A DNA stretch of 64,000 nucleotides from an uncultured Phycisphaerales bacterium (lineage in GTDB: Bacteria; Planctomycetota; Phycisphaerae; Tepidisphaerales; Tepidisphaeraceae), in NCBI GenBank assembly GCA_963758525.1, contig CAVWVQ010000002.1, positions 1 to 64,000 on the forward strand, read 5' to 3'. Made by a program: the position numbers and the translations under genes. The notes under the pieces were generated by a model. The model saw nothing but the letters and a program-made list of their open reading frames with translations. It ran no database searches and was not told the origin of the DNA. Every line of letters begins with the position of its first letter. Position 1 is the first letter of the stretch. This document shows, piece by piece, positions 1 through 12,700 of this stretch.

Positions 1-909
1 CTGCACGTCGTTGCCGAGGTTGTATTTCGCCGTATACTCAAGACCAAGCCAGAGCCGGTTTGCGCCGCTCGCGCCGTAATCGCGAACACCTTGCTCGTCG
101 TTGTACGTCACTAGGTCGATACCCTGATTCCAGGCTACAAGTGCAGTTTCGACCAGATGGGCTATCCCGCCCTGGCTGTGTCCCTGATCGCGGCCGGTCT
201 CGGCGTCTTCGCCGGTGGCGTCAATGTACTGTGTCACCGAGCAGCACCCGCCCTTCAACGAGCCGTTCACAACAAATCCATGTTTGTACACCTCAACGGC
301 ATGGTCAAACATTTCCCGGTCATCGCAGAAGACGGACATTGAGATGATCCCGGCCAGCGCGCTGGTTCCCCAGTTCGCAGATGCGCCATCTCTGACGTGC
401 GGATAGAGGACGGTCTTGAACCAGCTTCGGCATCTGGCCGCGTCCGCGGCGGACCACCCGGCCGAACCACCGAAACCGTGACACAAGATCTCCGCGGCGT
501 TGGCCATCTGATTGCTGCCCAATCCGTTTCGCATCGGCTCATTCGCCACTGATTGCACGGTCGAACTCCAGTCATCAATAATATGCATGGACGCCGTGGC
601 ATATTTGATGTCACCGGACGCCACCCATTTGATCGCCAGTACGTATGCCGCATGTCCGTCCCGCTGGATGGCATACGCATCTTCGATGTTGGGCTTGACG
701 CGAGCCTTGTAGTTGGTGTCCGCGTCGTGACCTTGCAGCGCCGCCCATGCGCTCTTCCATGGGTTCAACCCGGCGGCAACATTCGTCCTGATGCGCTCCA
801 GATCCGCTTCGGTGTGCCATCCTCCCGGATGCACCATGGCGGCGCAACAAGCTGGTGCGGCGCACATCAGGACAGAAAGTGCGATGATAGGGGGTGTGGA
901 CGGGTGCAT
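1..909 (-). CDS. Secreted alginate lyase family protein (PF05426-like), 3' end runs off the window
   Basis: Not in ORF track (no stop in window). Manual translation from ATG at 909: signal peptide MHPSTPPIIALSVLMCAAPACCA, then HPGGWHTEADLERIR..G.NPW, ANWG, ETGRDQGHSQGG, AWNQGIDL, GLEYTAKYNLG motifs typical of this family. Confidence 0.8.
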   Translation of the reverse strand, partial: MHPSTPPIIALSVLMCAAPACCAAMVHPGGWHTEADLERIRTNVAAGLNPWKSAWAALQGHDADTNYKARVKPNIEDAYAIQRDGHAAYVLAIKWVASGDIKYATASMHIIDDWSSTVQSVANEPMRNGLGSNQMANAAEILCHGFGGSAGWSAADAARCRSWFKTVLYPHVRDGASANWGTSALAGIISMSVFCDDREMFDHAVEVYKHGFVVNGSLKGGCCSVTQYIDATGEDAETGRDQGHSQGGIAHLVETALVAWNQGIDLVTYNDEQGVRDYGASGANRLWLGLEYTAKYNLGNDVQ

Positions 910-929
910 GGGTTCTCTTTGTCCCTGCT

Positions 930-1400
930 CTAAGGCGCGACCGGTCGGATGTTGTCGCTGGACTGACCATCCGGGCAATGCGGAATCAGGCTCGCCATGA
1001 CCTCACGATTGGACTCGCTTTTCCAATCGGCGCTGCCAGGCAGCTTCACGAGTCGCGGAGGCCGGACATTGGCGTCGCCCAGCGACCCGCTCTCGATCGC
1101 CTGCCGATCCTTCTCACTGTATTTGGCGAGATACGCAACCCACTGCGTCTTGCCGCCATCGCACGTGAAGACATAAGCCGCCACTGCGGGCTTTCCTTCA
1201 TGGTCAAATGGCGGCACTCGATCCGAGGTATCGGCAAAGAGTGTCTTCCCATCATCCGTGGTAAAAAACTGTCTTACAGCCGGAATCCGCGGCGGCCGTG
1301 ACTGGAGAAAAATGGTGAACATGGAAGCGGCAATGACGAGCACTGCCGCGGCTTGAACTGCTCGCGGATGCCTGCCAAGTTGTTCGCGAAAACCCATCAT
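930..1400 (-). CDS. Conserved hypothetical single-TM protein, partner of prepilin-like gene
   Basis: 156 aa; N-terminal TM segment, then FFTTDDGKTLF..D...PPFDHEGKPAV.AYVFTC.GK..WVAYL; co-oriented and closely spaced between the prepilin-like and lyase genes. Confidence 0.7.
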   Translation of the reverse strand: MMGFREQLGRHPRAVQAAAVLVIAASMFTIFLQSRPPRIPAVRQFFTTDDGKTLFADTSDRVPPFDHEGKPAVAAYVFTCDGGKTQWVAYLAKYSEKDRQAIESGSLGDANVRPPRLVKLPGSADWKSESNREVMASLIPHCPDGQSSDNIRPVAP

Positions 1401-1443
1401 TCCAACCTGGCAGTCCTAACAGTGCGACTGCCGCCACCTTCGC

Positions 1444-2496
1444 TCACTGCGGCGTATTCGCCTGAATTTTCTGCTGACTCCAACCCATGAGATTCTTCTC
1501 GATGTACGGGATGCCGCTGGGCCAGGCCCGCGGATCGCTGGCAACTCCGTACCACGGGCTCCATCGCGACGCGCCGCTGTATTGCACTCCAATCGGACCG
1601 GCGACATCCGGTCCAACGCTGTGCGGAGGTGTTGGCGTCGGTATTTCAGAGGGATAATTCGTCCCGGAGAAAAGCTGCTCGGCCGGATAGTTCGGGTTGC
1701 CCGCCGCGTTCCCGGGATCGGGATAGAACCAGGCGGATCCATCGAAGCTGGCAATATTGTAGCCGTTGCCATGCGCCTCCTGCGTCGCGCCCTCGCCCCA
1801 GAAAAAAACGTCCATCGCCAGGATTGTGTCGGGAGCGCATTTGCCGATCACATGCGATTTGCCCATATCCACGGTCCGATCCTGGGTCCGGTCCGAGGTG
1901 GCGACGAGATACCCCGCATTCCCGTCAATCCACTGAGACCCTCCGGCGTTCCAGCCGGGATTCCAACTCCACCCGGCTCCAAGATTGATCTGCGATGGCT
2001 TGTACTGCTGGTTCCAAGACATCGGATCGGTATCCTCCCGGCCCGGACAGAAAAACATGGGCCCCCAGGTCGCATACCCCTTGAAGCACAACAGCCCGAC
2101 GTTGGCATACCCAAAGCCCGATATCGAGCCGTACAGGCGTCCCCCGCCGAACGCGAGCCGATTGGCGTATGGCGTGCAATAGTTTTCGCTGCCATTGGAC
2201 CACATCACGCCAGGCATTGCGCCGTGGTTATCGTTTGCGTACATGATCAAGGTCTGACCGACCTGTCTGAGATTGCTCAGGCAAGACGTTGCCCGCGCGG
2301 CTTTCCGTGCCTTTCCGAGCGCGGGCAGTAAGATCGCGACGAGCGCTGAGATAATGCCGATGACCACCAGCATCTCCACCAACGTAAACGCCTTGAGCTT
2401 TTGTCCCCTTGCAGAAGTCCCGTTCGAAACCTTCGACAGTTTGATAACCGATCCAGCTGGACGGTGACCCGACGCTCTTCGAGAGGAGGTGACCAT
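1444..2496 (-). CDS. Prepilin-type N-terminal cleavage/methylation, H-X9-DG (DUF1559-type) protein
   Basis: AFTLVEMLVVIGIISALVAILLPALGKARKAARATSCLSNLRQVG and HGNGYNIASFDGSA. Confidence 0.9.
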   Translation of the reverse strand: MVTSSRRASGHRPAGSVIKLSKVSNGTSARGQKLKAFTLVEMLVVIGIISALVAILLPALGKARKAARATSCLSNLRQVGQTLIMYANDNHGAMPGVMWSNGSENYCTPYANRLAFGGGRLYGSISGFGYANVGLLCFKGYATWGPMFFCPGREDTDPMSWNQQYKPSQINLGAGWSWNPGWNAGGSQWIDGNAGYLVATSDRTQDRTVDMGKSHVIGKCAPDTILAMDVFFWGEGATQEAHGNGYNIASFDGSAWFYPDPGNAAGNPNYPAEQLFSGTNYPSEIPTPTPPHSVGPDVAGPIGVQYSGASRWSPWYGVASDPRAWPSGIPYIEKNLMGWSQQKIQANTPQ

Positions 2497-2601
2497 GGCT
2501 TTTCTTTCTATGTCAACTTCAATGCCTATCCATCGTGCCCGCCACGAAGCAAGGCGAAAACAAAGTCAAACTGGTCCGCGTGCATTATGACTTTTCGTCT
2601 T

Positions 2602-3675
2602 TCATGTTCCGCCTTGGCTGCTGAGCGCGAGAGTTGCCTGGCGCTCCGGCCGCCGGACGCTCGCTTCGATTGGACGATGCGACGAGCGCATCGCCAGCTT
2701 CTCAGTGACTTGGTATTTCAATGGCCTGCCGTTCAGATACCGTCTCAGCTCCTCCACCATGTACCGTCCCATGCGCCGGCACTCCGAGCCGACCGAGCCC
2801 GCGATATGCGGCGTCAGCACCACGTTCTCCAGATCGTAGAGCGGCGACTCCGCCTCCGTCGGCTCGTTGAGCGTCACATCCAGCACCGCCTGCAGGTCCG
2901 GCCGACGGGACAGCACCTCGATTATCTCCTGCTCGCGCACGAGTTGCCCCCTAGCGGTATTGATGAACGTCGCGCCGTGCTTCATTGAGGCGATGTGCGC
3001 CCCCGTGATCATCCCCGTTGTCTCTGGAAACACCGGAGAGTGAAGCGATACAACGTCGCAGCGGTGAAACAACGTCTCCAGTGACGCCAGCTCGACTCCC
3101 AGGATGTTCGCATCCTCTTCGCTCACAAACGGATCGTACAAGAGCACCTTCAGATCGAACGGCCGGAGCAGCTCCAGCAGTTTTCGGGCGATGGCCCCCA
3201 GCGACACAAGTCCCACGGTGCTCCCATAGCAACCGGGCACCTGATTTCGATCAGGATGACAGCGGTTCGCTTTCGTCTGTCGCGCCAGCCGCCAGCCGTG
3301 CTTGAGCGAGAAGAGGATCGTGGCAAGCGTGTATTCCGCCACCGGGACCGCATTGGCTTCCAACGCGCTGGTGACGGCAAGCCCGCGTTCCCAGACAGCA
3401 GGGGTGAGAATGTGTCCCATGGCGCCGGCGCCGTAGAAGACCGCCTTGAGATTTGGAGCGGCGTCAAGAAATGCGGTGTCCAGCCGCGCACCGCCCCAGC
3501 CGGAAAAGATCACATCAGCGTGCGCCAGCAGCTCGCACTGTCCAAGAACGTCGCGTGCTGATCGCGGCGGGCCGATAATATCCACCAGCGCCGCGATGTC
3601 CCGCTGTTCTTCAGGCCCGTAGATCAGGCCGAAAGAATTCGGATCCAGCACATAAAGTCCGCGTTGACGGCGCAT
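2602..3675 (-). CDS. D-isomer-specific 2-hydroxyacid dehydrogenase
   Basis: VPVAEY, GLVSLGAIA Rossmann motif, DVVSLHSP, FINTARG, LDVT..EP, LTPHIAGS. Confidence 0.9.
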   Translation of the reverse strand: MRRQRGLYVLDPNSFGLIYGPEEQRDIAALVDIIGPPRSARDVLGQCELLAHADVIFSGWGGARLDTAFLDAAPNLKAVFYGAGAMGHILTPAVWERGLAVTSALEANAVPVAEYTLATILFSLKHGWRLARQTKANRCHPDRNQVPGCYGSTVGLVSLGAIARKLLELLRPFDLKVLLYDPFVSEEDANILGVELASLETLFHRCDVVSLHSPVFPETTGMITGAHIASMKHGATFINTARGQLVREQEIIEVLSRRPDLQAVLDVTLNEPTEAESPLYDLENVVLTPHIAGSVGSECRRMGRYMVEELRRYLNGRPLKYQVTEKLAMRSSHRPIEASVRRPERQATLALSSQGGT

Positions 3676-3684
3676 GACAGAAAC

Positions 3685-3718
3685 TCGCTATCCATTAGCC
3701 ACTATCCACTATCCGTTG
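3685..3718. repeat. 7-mer tandem repeat (CTATCCA-like) overlapping the stop codon of the PEP-CTERM gene
   Basis: tcgctatccattagccactatccactatccgttg; same family as the arms at 13561-13603 and 14052-14088. Confidence 0.7.
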
Positions 3719-6700
3719 CTTACGCGCCGACGCCGGCGACCCATGAGCATCGGGAAGGCCGCGCCAAGAATGAGCATTGTGGTGCCGGGCTCGGGAGCGG
3801 CGTTGTAGGTAAGCGTCAGGCTGCCGCTGCCGCCGGTTCCCAATACGTCCAACTGAAAGTAGCTGTCAGGCTCGGTGCCGGTGTTCGTGCCGATGAAGCC
3901 TGTCGTGTCCAGGGCGAATTGGCCGGAGTTACCCGCGGCCGTGGCAGGAGTGTTTGTCGCGACGACCGTGTCGCTGCCGGTCAGACTTACTCCGCTGACG
4001 CTGGAGAATGTGCCGATGGTCCAGGTGGTGTTGACCGTCGGATCGAAGCTGGTGGGAGTAACCCCCAGCGAGGAGAGGGAGACCACGAACGGAGTGCTGG
4101 TCGAGGTAACAGTCAGGCCACCCATCGCGAGCACGTCGTTGCTGGTGGTACTGGCGATTTTCTCGAAAAACTTGCCGCCGGCCGCCAAGGTTTCATTGCC
4201 GGTGTTCAAGGTGCCGATGGTGTTTGTCGCCCCGGTCCCAACGGTAGTTCCAAGGGTGGCAGCGGTTGCGGTGCCCGCCGAGATCGTGCTGCCCGAAGCA
4301 ACCGTGAGAGCGCCGCTCACGGTACCGACGCCGCCGAGCACCTGGCCGCTGGCCAGGGCAAAGCCACCGGCGCCAGTGACCGTGGTGACATCCAGCGTTG
4401 CCGTGTTTCCAACGGTAATCGCTTTCGAAGCCGCGATATTGTTGGTGGTGGCGGTTGTAAGCATCAGCGTGCCCGCGCTGATCGTTGTGGCGCCCGCATA
4501 CGTATTTGGACCTGAAAGGGTCTGAACCGCCGAGCCGATCTTTGTCAGGCTTCCGGTGCCACTGAGGATTCCGGAGAAGGTCGTCGGAAGATTGTTGTTG
4601 CCCGTGGTGAGAGCGACGGCAGCACCCGTGCCCTCTGTAAACAGCGCATTCCCATTCCAAGTCTGGAGAGCAATTTTGCCGGTGCCGGACAGCGCGCCGA
4701 TGACCGGCGCGGTAACCACGGTAAAGTTTCCGTTACTGCCGCTGCTGGTGCCGCCGGTGAATCCAAGGCCGTATGGGACTTGAGTTGTGTTTGTACTGAC
4801 GCCTACTACGTTAACCGTTGCATTCTGCAATGCCGTATTACCGCCGATGGTTAGGTCTACGCCATTACCCGTGTTTGCATTGACCGTTACTGTCCCGCTA
4901 TAGCTATTGGAGTTATTGGTAATGAAGACCCCGCTTGACTCGGTGAAGCCGTTGGCGATTCCGTTAATCGTCAATGCACCACTGCCCGACAAGACTCCGT
5001 CAATTTCAAAGGGCTTGCCCGCACCACCCGTGAAGTTGGCAGCTCCGCCATACCCAAAGTTGGAATTGATGGACGTGGCCCCGTTCACAACAACGGTGTT
5101 TGTCGTTCCGCCCAAAATGTAACCGTTGTTCTGTTTAGAGATCGATCCGCCATTGAGGATGAAATTATTAGCGTAGTTCGTAACAGTAGCGCCGCTGGTG
5201 AGATTGAGCGCCCCACTGCCGCCAACGGTACTTCCGACGGTAATCGTTCCGGAGCCCACCTGGTTGCCGCTGATATTGAGCTGGCCGCCGTTGTTGATCG
5301 TCGTTCCGCCGGTGTAATTGCTGGCGGCGTTATTCAGCGTCACGGCATTGCCGGTAATGACCACCGCGAGAACGCCCGATCCCCCGCCGCCGCCGGTTGT
5401 ATCGTTCAGTGCCACGCTGGTGGTGCCCGTTCCGATGGTCAGTGTCGAGATGGTGCTGTTCTGCGTGTTGGTGATCACGCCGCCGGTCCCGGTGGGGGCC
5501 GCGGTGAGCGTGATGTTCTTGCTGTTCAGATCGAGTGTGCCCGTGGTGCCGGTGCCGTTGAGCACCAGGTTCGTACCACCCGCGAGGGTGTTGGCCGGGA
5601 GTACTCCGGAGGCGCCAAGCTGAATCGTGCCGTTGGTGATCGTGGTAACGCCGTTATACGTTTCGGTGTTGTTCAATACGACTGTGCCCGAGCCGGTCTT
5701 GGTGAGTCCGCCCGCTCCCGAGGCGGTGCTGATCACGCCGCTGTCGGTCAGGGTGAATCCTTGTGTGTCAATCAGTGCGTTTTGCCCGCTGTTGACGACG
5801 AAATTGCGGCTCGTCGCATAGGACGCCAGCAATTGCAGCGTTCCGCCGTTGAAGATCGCATTCGCGGCGGTTGCCCCGAGGCTGTTGGCGGTGTTTGCCT
5901 GAAGGATGCCGCCGGTCAATGTGGTGCTGCCTCCGTAACTGTTGCTGCCCGTCAGCGCCAGCGTTCCGACGCCTGACTTGGTGATTCCGCTCCCGACATT
6001 TCCATCAATGGTCCCCGCGAAGGTTGTATTTGCGCTGTTGGTCAGGTTCAGGCTCGTGAACGTGGGGCTGAAGAAGGAGGTGATGTTGCCGCCAGAGCCA
6101 CTGAGATTATTGAGCACAAAGCCGACAGCGCCATTGAGATCCATGGTGCCGCCGTTCACCGTGATGTTCCCAGCGCCAAAAGAGGTCCCGGTTCCGCCCG
6201 CTCGGCTGAGGGTTCCAGCCGTGAGCGTCAATCCCCCTGTAAAAGTATTATTTCCCTGCAAAGTAGTGGTCCCTGAACCACTGTTATTGATGACGACGGC
6301 TACTTTCCCCGCCGACGGCACATCGCCAATCACGCCGGAGATGGTGGATCCCCCGGTGCTGCTGTTCACCAGGTTCAATGTCTGCGTGTTGCCAGTCGCA
6401 GCTGTGCCGGTGATCGTCCCGCCAATCGTAAACAGACTGGACGAAGCGTTGGTGTACGTTTGATTGGCGCCCGCGTTGCCCATCACGAGCGGCGTATTAA
6501 TCGTAAACGCGTTGGCCCCGCTGGCTACGGTTATAGCATCGCCGAGAGTATGGCCGGTGACCAGGCTTCCAGAATCGGTATTTGAATCGGCAAGGGCGTT
6601 GATGGTGAGCGTGTTGCCCGCGGCCACGGTGTTGGTTCCATTGCCGTTAACGGTCAGGCTGTTGATCGTCGTATCAGCGCCAAGCGTCGTCGACACGGTG

Positions 6701-9700
6701 CCGGTCTGATTATTCGCATTGAGGATCACGTCGGTGATCGCGCCTGGAATATTGCCGGCATCCAGTGTACCCGCCTTGTCCAGCGACCAATTGACGACGG
6801 TCGAACTGGTGGTGACGTCATTCCAAACGGTCGTGCCCGCCCCGCCATACCAGTAGGCCACGCCCGGGACCGCCGCGCCGGTGACCGCCAGGGTCAGCGT
6901 CGTGGCGTTGTCGTTGAGGGTATATGTCTGGCGGCCGACGTTAAGGCTGGTGACGGCCGTTGTGCCAGTGTTGCTTAACGAGAAGAATCCGGTCTCTGAC
7001 TTGGAGCCGAAATTCATCAGTGTGTAGACGCTGCCGCTGGTCGCCGTTCCGGAGATATTGACGAATGCGCCAGTCGAGTTGACCGTCAACAAACCGTTAT
7101 AAGCCGCGAACGTGCCCACGTTGATCGCTTCAACATTGGTCCCTGTGCCAAGGGTAAAATTTTCGGTTGAATGGTTGCCCGCATAAGTCCCGCTGCTGTC
7201 ACCAAGCGTCAGGCCGTTGAGGGTCAGGGAATTGGTGCTCAATTGGGCGGACGCGGTGATCGCGCCGCCGCCGTTGACGCTGACCGAGCCGCCGTCGATG
7301 CCGCTGGTCGCTGTGGTGCCTGCCCCGGTGAGCGTGCCGCCGTTTTGCACCGTTGTTGCGGTGGCGCCAGTGCGCCGGTGATGTTCAAAACCCCTTTACT
7401 GGCGATCGTGGTCGCGCCCGCATAAGTGCTTACGCCGGAGAGGGTCAGGCTGCCGATCGGGGTGCTCTGGCTGTTGGTCACCGTCAGTCCGCCAGACCCG
7501 CCAATTGCCCCCGCGATGATCGGTGACAAGTTATTGGTATCCACGGTGCCGGTCACGCCGGTGCTGATCGAGACAGAGCGATTGGCATTTACAGTCGCCG
7601 AACCATTGAACTGAAGCGTGCTGTTGCCGGTGAAAGTGAGGTTGGTGGTGGCTGCGACCGGCACCGTGCCAAGCGCGGAATCGGCCGAGATGTTCAGTGT
7701 CCCCCCATTAATGAAGGTCCCGCCGTTATATGAGTTTACACCAGTAAGGAATAACATCCCGGAACTGTTTTTAGTCAATCCGCCATCGCCGACCGTACCC
7801 AGGAGCGGTGCCGCGACAATAATGTTGTTGCTGTTGGAGTCAAAAATAGCCCCGCCTGCCCCAACCACATACTGGCCGCCGCTCGCGACCGTCGGCGCGG
7901 CAATAAAGCTCCCATACGTCTGGCCGCTTCCCTTGGCCTGGAGAATGCCGCCGTTAAAGTTGAAGACTGACTGGCTCCCTGTGCCTCCGCCGATGTTGAT
8001 CTGCGTCAACGCCAGCGTGCCGCCGTTGAGATTTACCATTGCCTGTCCAGCGGTCGCGGTGGTATCGCTGGAATTGCCCTTGAGGTAGAGGGCTCCGTTG
8101 GTTCCCGCGCCGACCGATCCCGTGCCGCCGCCAATGGTCACGGCGCCGCCGTCCATGTTCAAGGCGAAGGTGCTGTTGTTGCCGGTTGGCGCGCTGCCGG
8201 CCGTTCCGCTGGGGGTTCCGGCAAGGGAGAGGAACGTGCCGACGTTCAACGCGCCCCCCGTGATATCGATCGCGCCATTGACGCCGCTGCCGTTGGCGCC
8301 ACCGAACAACCAGCCATTGCCGGTCGTGCCGGTGGTTGAATTATTGAAATTCGCCGTGCCGCCATCGATTTGCAACGTGTTCTGGGCCGAGCTGTTGTTT
8401 CCGACGTAGTTGGCATTCGCCGAGGTGTTGTCGCCGCCGAATGTCACCGTCGCACCGTTATCGACGATCACCTTGTCCGTGATATTCAAGCTCCCCTTGG
8501 TGGTCAGGCTCGCGCCGCTGAGGAACTGAGTGGTCCCCGTGCCGGCGTTGAATTTGGCATTCTTCAGATTGGAGGCCGTGCCACTCAGTTGCATCAACGC
8601 TGACGAGATATTGCCGGTTTTGGTGAAGCTGTCGGCATTGATCGTGGCACTACCCGCTGCATCCGTCAGATTACCGCTCAAGAGGACCGAATCCAGGCCA
8701 TACTGGCCCTGATTGACGGCTGAATTGTAATTGACCGTGTTGACGGTAACGGTGCGATTGCCGCCATTAATGTCCAGACCGTTGGCGAAGGTGACCTTGT
8801 TGTCGCTCTGCACAACGTTGTTGCCGCCGTTCTGCGCGTTCCCGAAGAATAAGTTGCTGGTGGTGACGAAGTTCGCTGTACTGTTCCAGGTCAATGTTGC
8901 CCCGGCCCCGCCAATATTTACCGTCAGCGGTCCACCGTAAGCAGCAAAGCCCACCGAGTCCGATGCATTGCCCGAGGCGACGAATTTGATCTGCCCCGCC
9001 GACGTTCCCAGTGCGGCGCTGAATGTGCCGTTGCCTTCGATAAAGGAACCGGTGTTACCGAAGTTGTTGCCGAGAAGAATCGCCGAGTTTGCCGACAGAC
9101 CGCTCAGATTATTGCCGAAATTGATGCCTCCATTGTTTATGGTGGTAATGCCGCCATAGCTGTTTGCTCCGTCCAGCACCATTGTGCTGTTGCTGTTTCC
9201 CTTAGTAACGGCAAGGTTGCTGCCGGTGATCGCGCCCGAAAAGATGCTGCCGAACTGGCCGCTGGTGCCGATGTTCAGGGTTGCCGCCGTGCCACTGGTA
9301 TTTGTGATTGTTGCCACGGGCGTACCGTTGAGGTTGCCAATTGTCGGCGTGCTGTTCCCGTTCAGATCGAGCGTGCCCGCATTGATTGTGAGGTTGCTAG
9401 TCGTGCCCAGGGCGCTTGAGGAGGAGGCTGCCAGTTTAATTGTGCCGCCGTTGATCGTCGTCGTGCCGCTGTAACTGTTCGCGTTGGCGCTTCCCAGAGT
9501 GAGTGTGCCGCCGGATGCACCGTTGAAAGTTAAGCCGCCCGAACCCGAGATCACGCTCGAGATGGCGTTGGTGGATTGACTATTGAAGGAAATGACACCC
9601 TCGTCACTGCCAAAGGCGAGCGTCGCCGTGCTTCCGCCGCCTGCGATCGTGCCGCCGTTGAGAATCAATCCCGCCTGGTGGCTGGAGGTGTTGTCCCCAA

Positions 9701-12700
9701 CTGTCAGGATATTGGCATTGGCGATGGTAATCGCACCCGCATTGACCAGGGCTCCCACGGTCGCGGTGGTCTGACCCGAGACGCTGATCCCGCTGTTCAC
9801 GTACTCCAGCTTGCTGGAGCCGGGGTTGGCCGTGTTAAAGGTCGTTCCGTTCACCGAGGTGGTGTCTTTGCTGACAGCGGTTGCCGAGGCGCTGTTCGCA
9901 TTGAAGAGCGTGGTCCCGCTCGTGGCGATCGAGACGAAGTCGGCATTCAGATTGTTGGCGGAAGTGTCGCGCACAACGATTGATGGATTCAGCGTGCCGA
10001 CCGTCGCCGCATTGCTGTTGAGCGTTGGCGTGCTGCCGACTGTGACCTTCTCCGAAGTTCCAAACGTCGCAAAACCGCCGTTGGGCACAAAACTCAGCGT
10101 GCTGCCGGCGGCGCTGCGGGAGAAGGCGCTAGTCGAGAAATTAAGGGTTTCAGTGGTAACCGAGCCCCTGGTAAGCCCAATGGCGGCCGCTCGGTTGAAC
10201 GTCAGCGAATTGCTGAAGTTGTACAGAGCCGTCGAGGCTGAGCCACTGGGAGTGAAATTCACCGCTCCGTTGGTCATTTGCAGACTACCCGCGACGTTGC
10301 CTGAGGGCGCGGGGGTCGTGATATTGACAGTGCCGTTGCTCTGGTTGCTCAGCTGGCTCGTGCTGCCATCGAAAAAGTTAACAGTGTTGAAGTTGTTTCC
10401 GCTGTAGTTCAGCGTGCCCGCGCCATATTTGAAGAAGCTGTTGCCTCCCGGGCTCAGGTTGCTGCTAACGGTCAATGAGCCGGTCGCAGACGTAATGTCA
10501 AAACCAAAGTTATTGTTGCCTGTCGAATAACTGTTCGTGAGCGTCAGTGCCCCGGTGCCGGTATATTGGAGGCCGCCGCTCGCAAACGCGATGTTGCCGG
10601 TGCCGAGGTTTGACTGCGTCGCGAAACTTAATTCTCCCCCGTTGAGATTGAGCTGGCCGTTGAACGTGTTCGTCCCGCTCAACACCAGGACGCCCGTGGT
10701 GGTGCTGTCGTAAGCGACGCCCACGTTGGCCAGCGAACCGCCCACTTTGGTCAGTGCTGCCGTGCCGGAGCTGTTGGTGATGTTGCCGCTGATGATGGCG
10801 GTGCCGCCATCGGTTTCGATCACCCGCGCAGTGGAAGCGCTGTTGAGGTCAAGGGCGTTCTGGAAGGTCAACGTGCCTTGGCCCGTAGGGACCGCGCCGA
10901 TGTCCGCGCCATTCAAAATCAGGTTGCCGGTCCCGAGGTTGAAGCCGGTCGTGTTGTTCCAGACCAGACCCGCGCCGCTGTTCAGATTGACGGTCACCCC
11001 CGCCCCATAAGCGCCGAAGCCGCTCCCAACGTTGGTGCCCGTATTGGCGACTCCGCCGCTGAATTGAAGCTGCCCCGCACCTGTTCCGAGAGTCTGGGTA
11101 AAGCTGGTGTAATCGCGCGTGCCTTCGAGGATCGCGCCGCTGAGCGAGGTGTTGCCGGTGCCGAGCGCGTTCGTGTTGTAGAGCCGGACAATACCCGAGC
11201 TGCCGCTGCCGATGGCAGTCAGGCCTCCGCTGAAACTATTGTTCCCGCGCAGCTCCAGCACGTTGGTGTTGGCGGCGGTCGTGTTGGTGTCTCGGTAAAC
11301 AATCCCCAGGAGCTTGGTCGCGTCAGCCGAATTGTCGGTGATCCGCCCGTAGATGTTGATCGGTACGTTGGCGTTGCTGACGCCGAGCGTGACGATCGAG
11401 GTGCTGCCAGTCGGCGCGGCATTGCTCACGGTCAGGGCATTGAGATTGACCGCTGAAAGTCCGTTATTTCCCGCACCGCCGGTGTTGCTGATGGCCGCTC
11501 CGTTGAGCGCCTTGGTGGCTCCCGCGATGGTGACATTATATCCGTCGCCAGAGGTTACCGTCAGCGTGTTGGCGCCCAAATCAAGCGAGTTCAATTGGAA
11601 GAACTTGTTGCCGCCCTGACTAGTGCGGTCGGATGTAAAGGTCGCGTTGCCGCCCAGGGCGAGGCTGTTGGGGACCTGGAATATTTCAAAAACCGAGTTG
11701 TTCCCGCCTTGGGCAAGAAGCTGCAAAGTGCCACCACTGAGCCTGATCGGGCCGGTTCCAAACGGAGTCACCGACGATCCAGTGCCCAGAGTACCGGTGG
11801 ATGTAAACCTCATCGTGCCGGCATCGACCACGGTGCCGCCCGAGTAGCTGTTGGCGTTGATGTTGAGGTTCACCAGGCCCAGGCCCGACTTGGTCACGGT
11901 GTTCACGCCATTGGCGAGAATGTTGCTGCTGATGTTCAGAGTATCGTTGGCCGCGTCCGCGCGCAGGGCCAGTTCCTGATTGAGACCGCCCTGGATGCCG
12001 GTGCCGCCGCTGATCGTCGTGGCGCCCGTGGTTCCGCCGTTGCCCGAGCGCAAAATGCCGTTGGTGGTGACGGTCTGGCTGGCCCCCAGCGTGAATGCCT
12101 GCGCCACATTAGTCGAGTTGACGATGTTCAGCGTGGTGAAGGTGGCCGTTTGCTGCGCGGTGATCGCCGAGGTCGTTTGCGCGTAGTTCGTGCTCGCGAT
12201 GGTACCACCGCCCGCTTGCGTGGTGGAACCTGCGTCCACGCCGTAATTGATGCCGCGCAGAAAGCCGCCCGAATCATACCAGGCGTAGTTGCTGCCGGGG
12301 GTTGTCGTACTGGTTCCGAAGAAGGTTCCCTGATCGATAAACCCGGTTGATTGGCCGGTCAGGATGATGTTGTTCGTGCCGAGCGTGCCGGGGTTGCCGG
12401 CAGTGCCTGCCGTGCCACCGCTGAGGGTGAAATCGCGGGTCGCACCCGTGCTTCGCGAGCCGAGGGCAAGAGTGAGATTCGAGGAGGTGCTGGCAAACGT
12501 GCTCTGAATAACGCCTTCGCCGGATGCCCAGGTGACCGTTCCCAGGGTCTGCGCGCTGGCGGCCCCTTCGTTGACATTAAGTGTGCCGGCACCCGCGCTG
12601 AAGGTGACACCCGTTCCGGCGGTGAGGCTGCCGCCCGTGCCGATGACGACTGAGCCGCCGCCGATCGCCAGGGCGTTAAAGGTGTCCGTGCCATTCAGGT

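Noticed and set aside
7239..7380. Programmed frameshift or phase variation in the giant adhesin
   Set aside because: No slippery heptamer or long homopolymer tract; the same kind of indel hits many housekeeping genes, so sequencing error is more likely.
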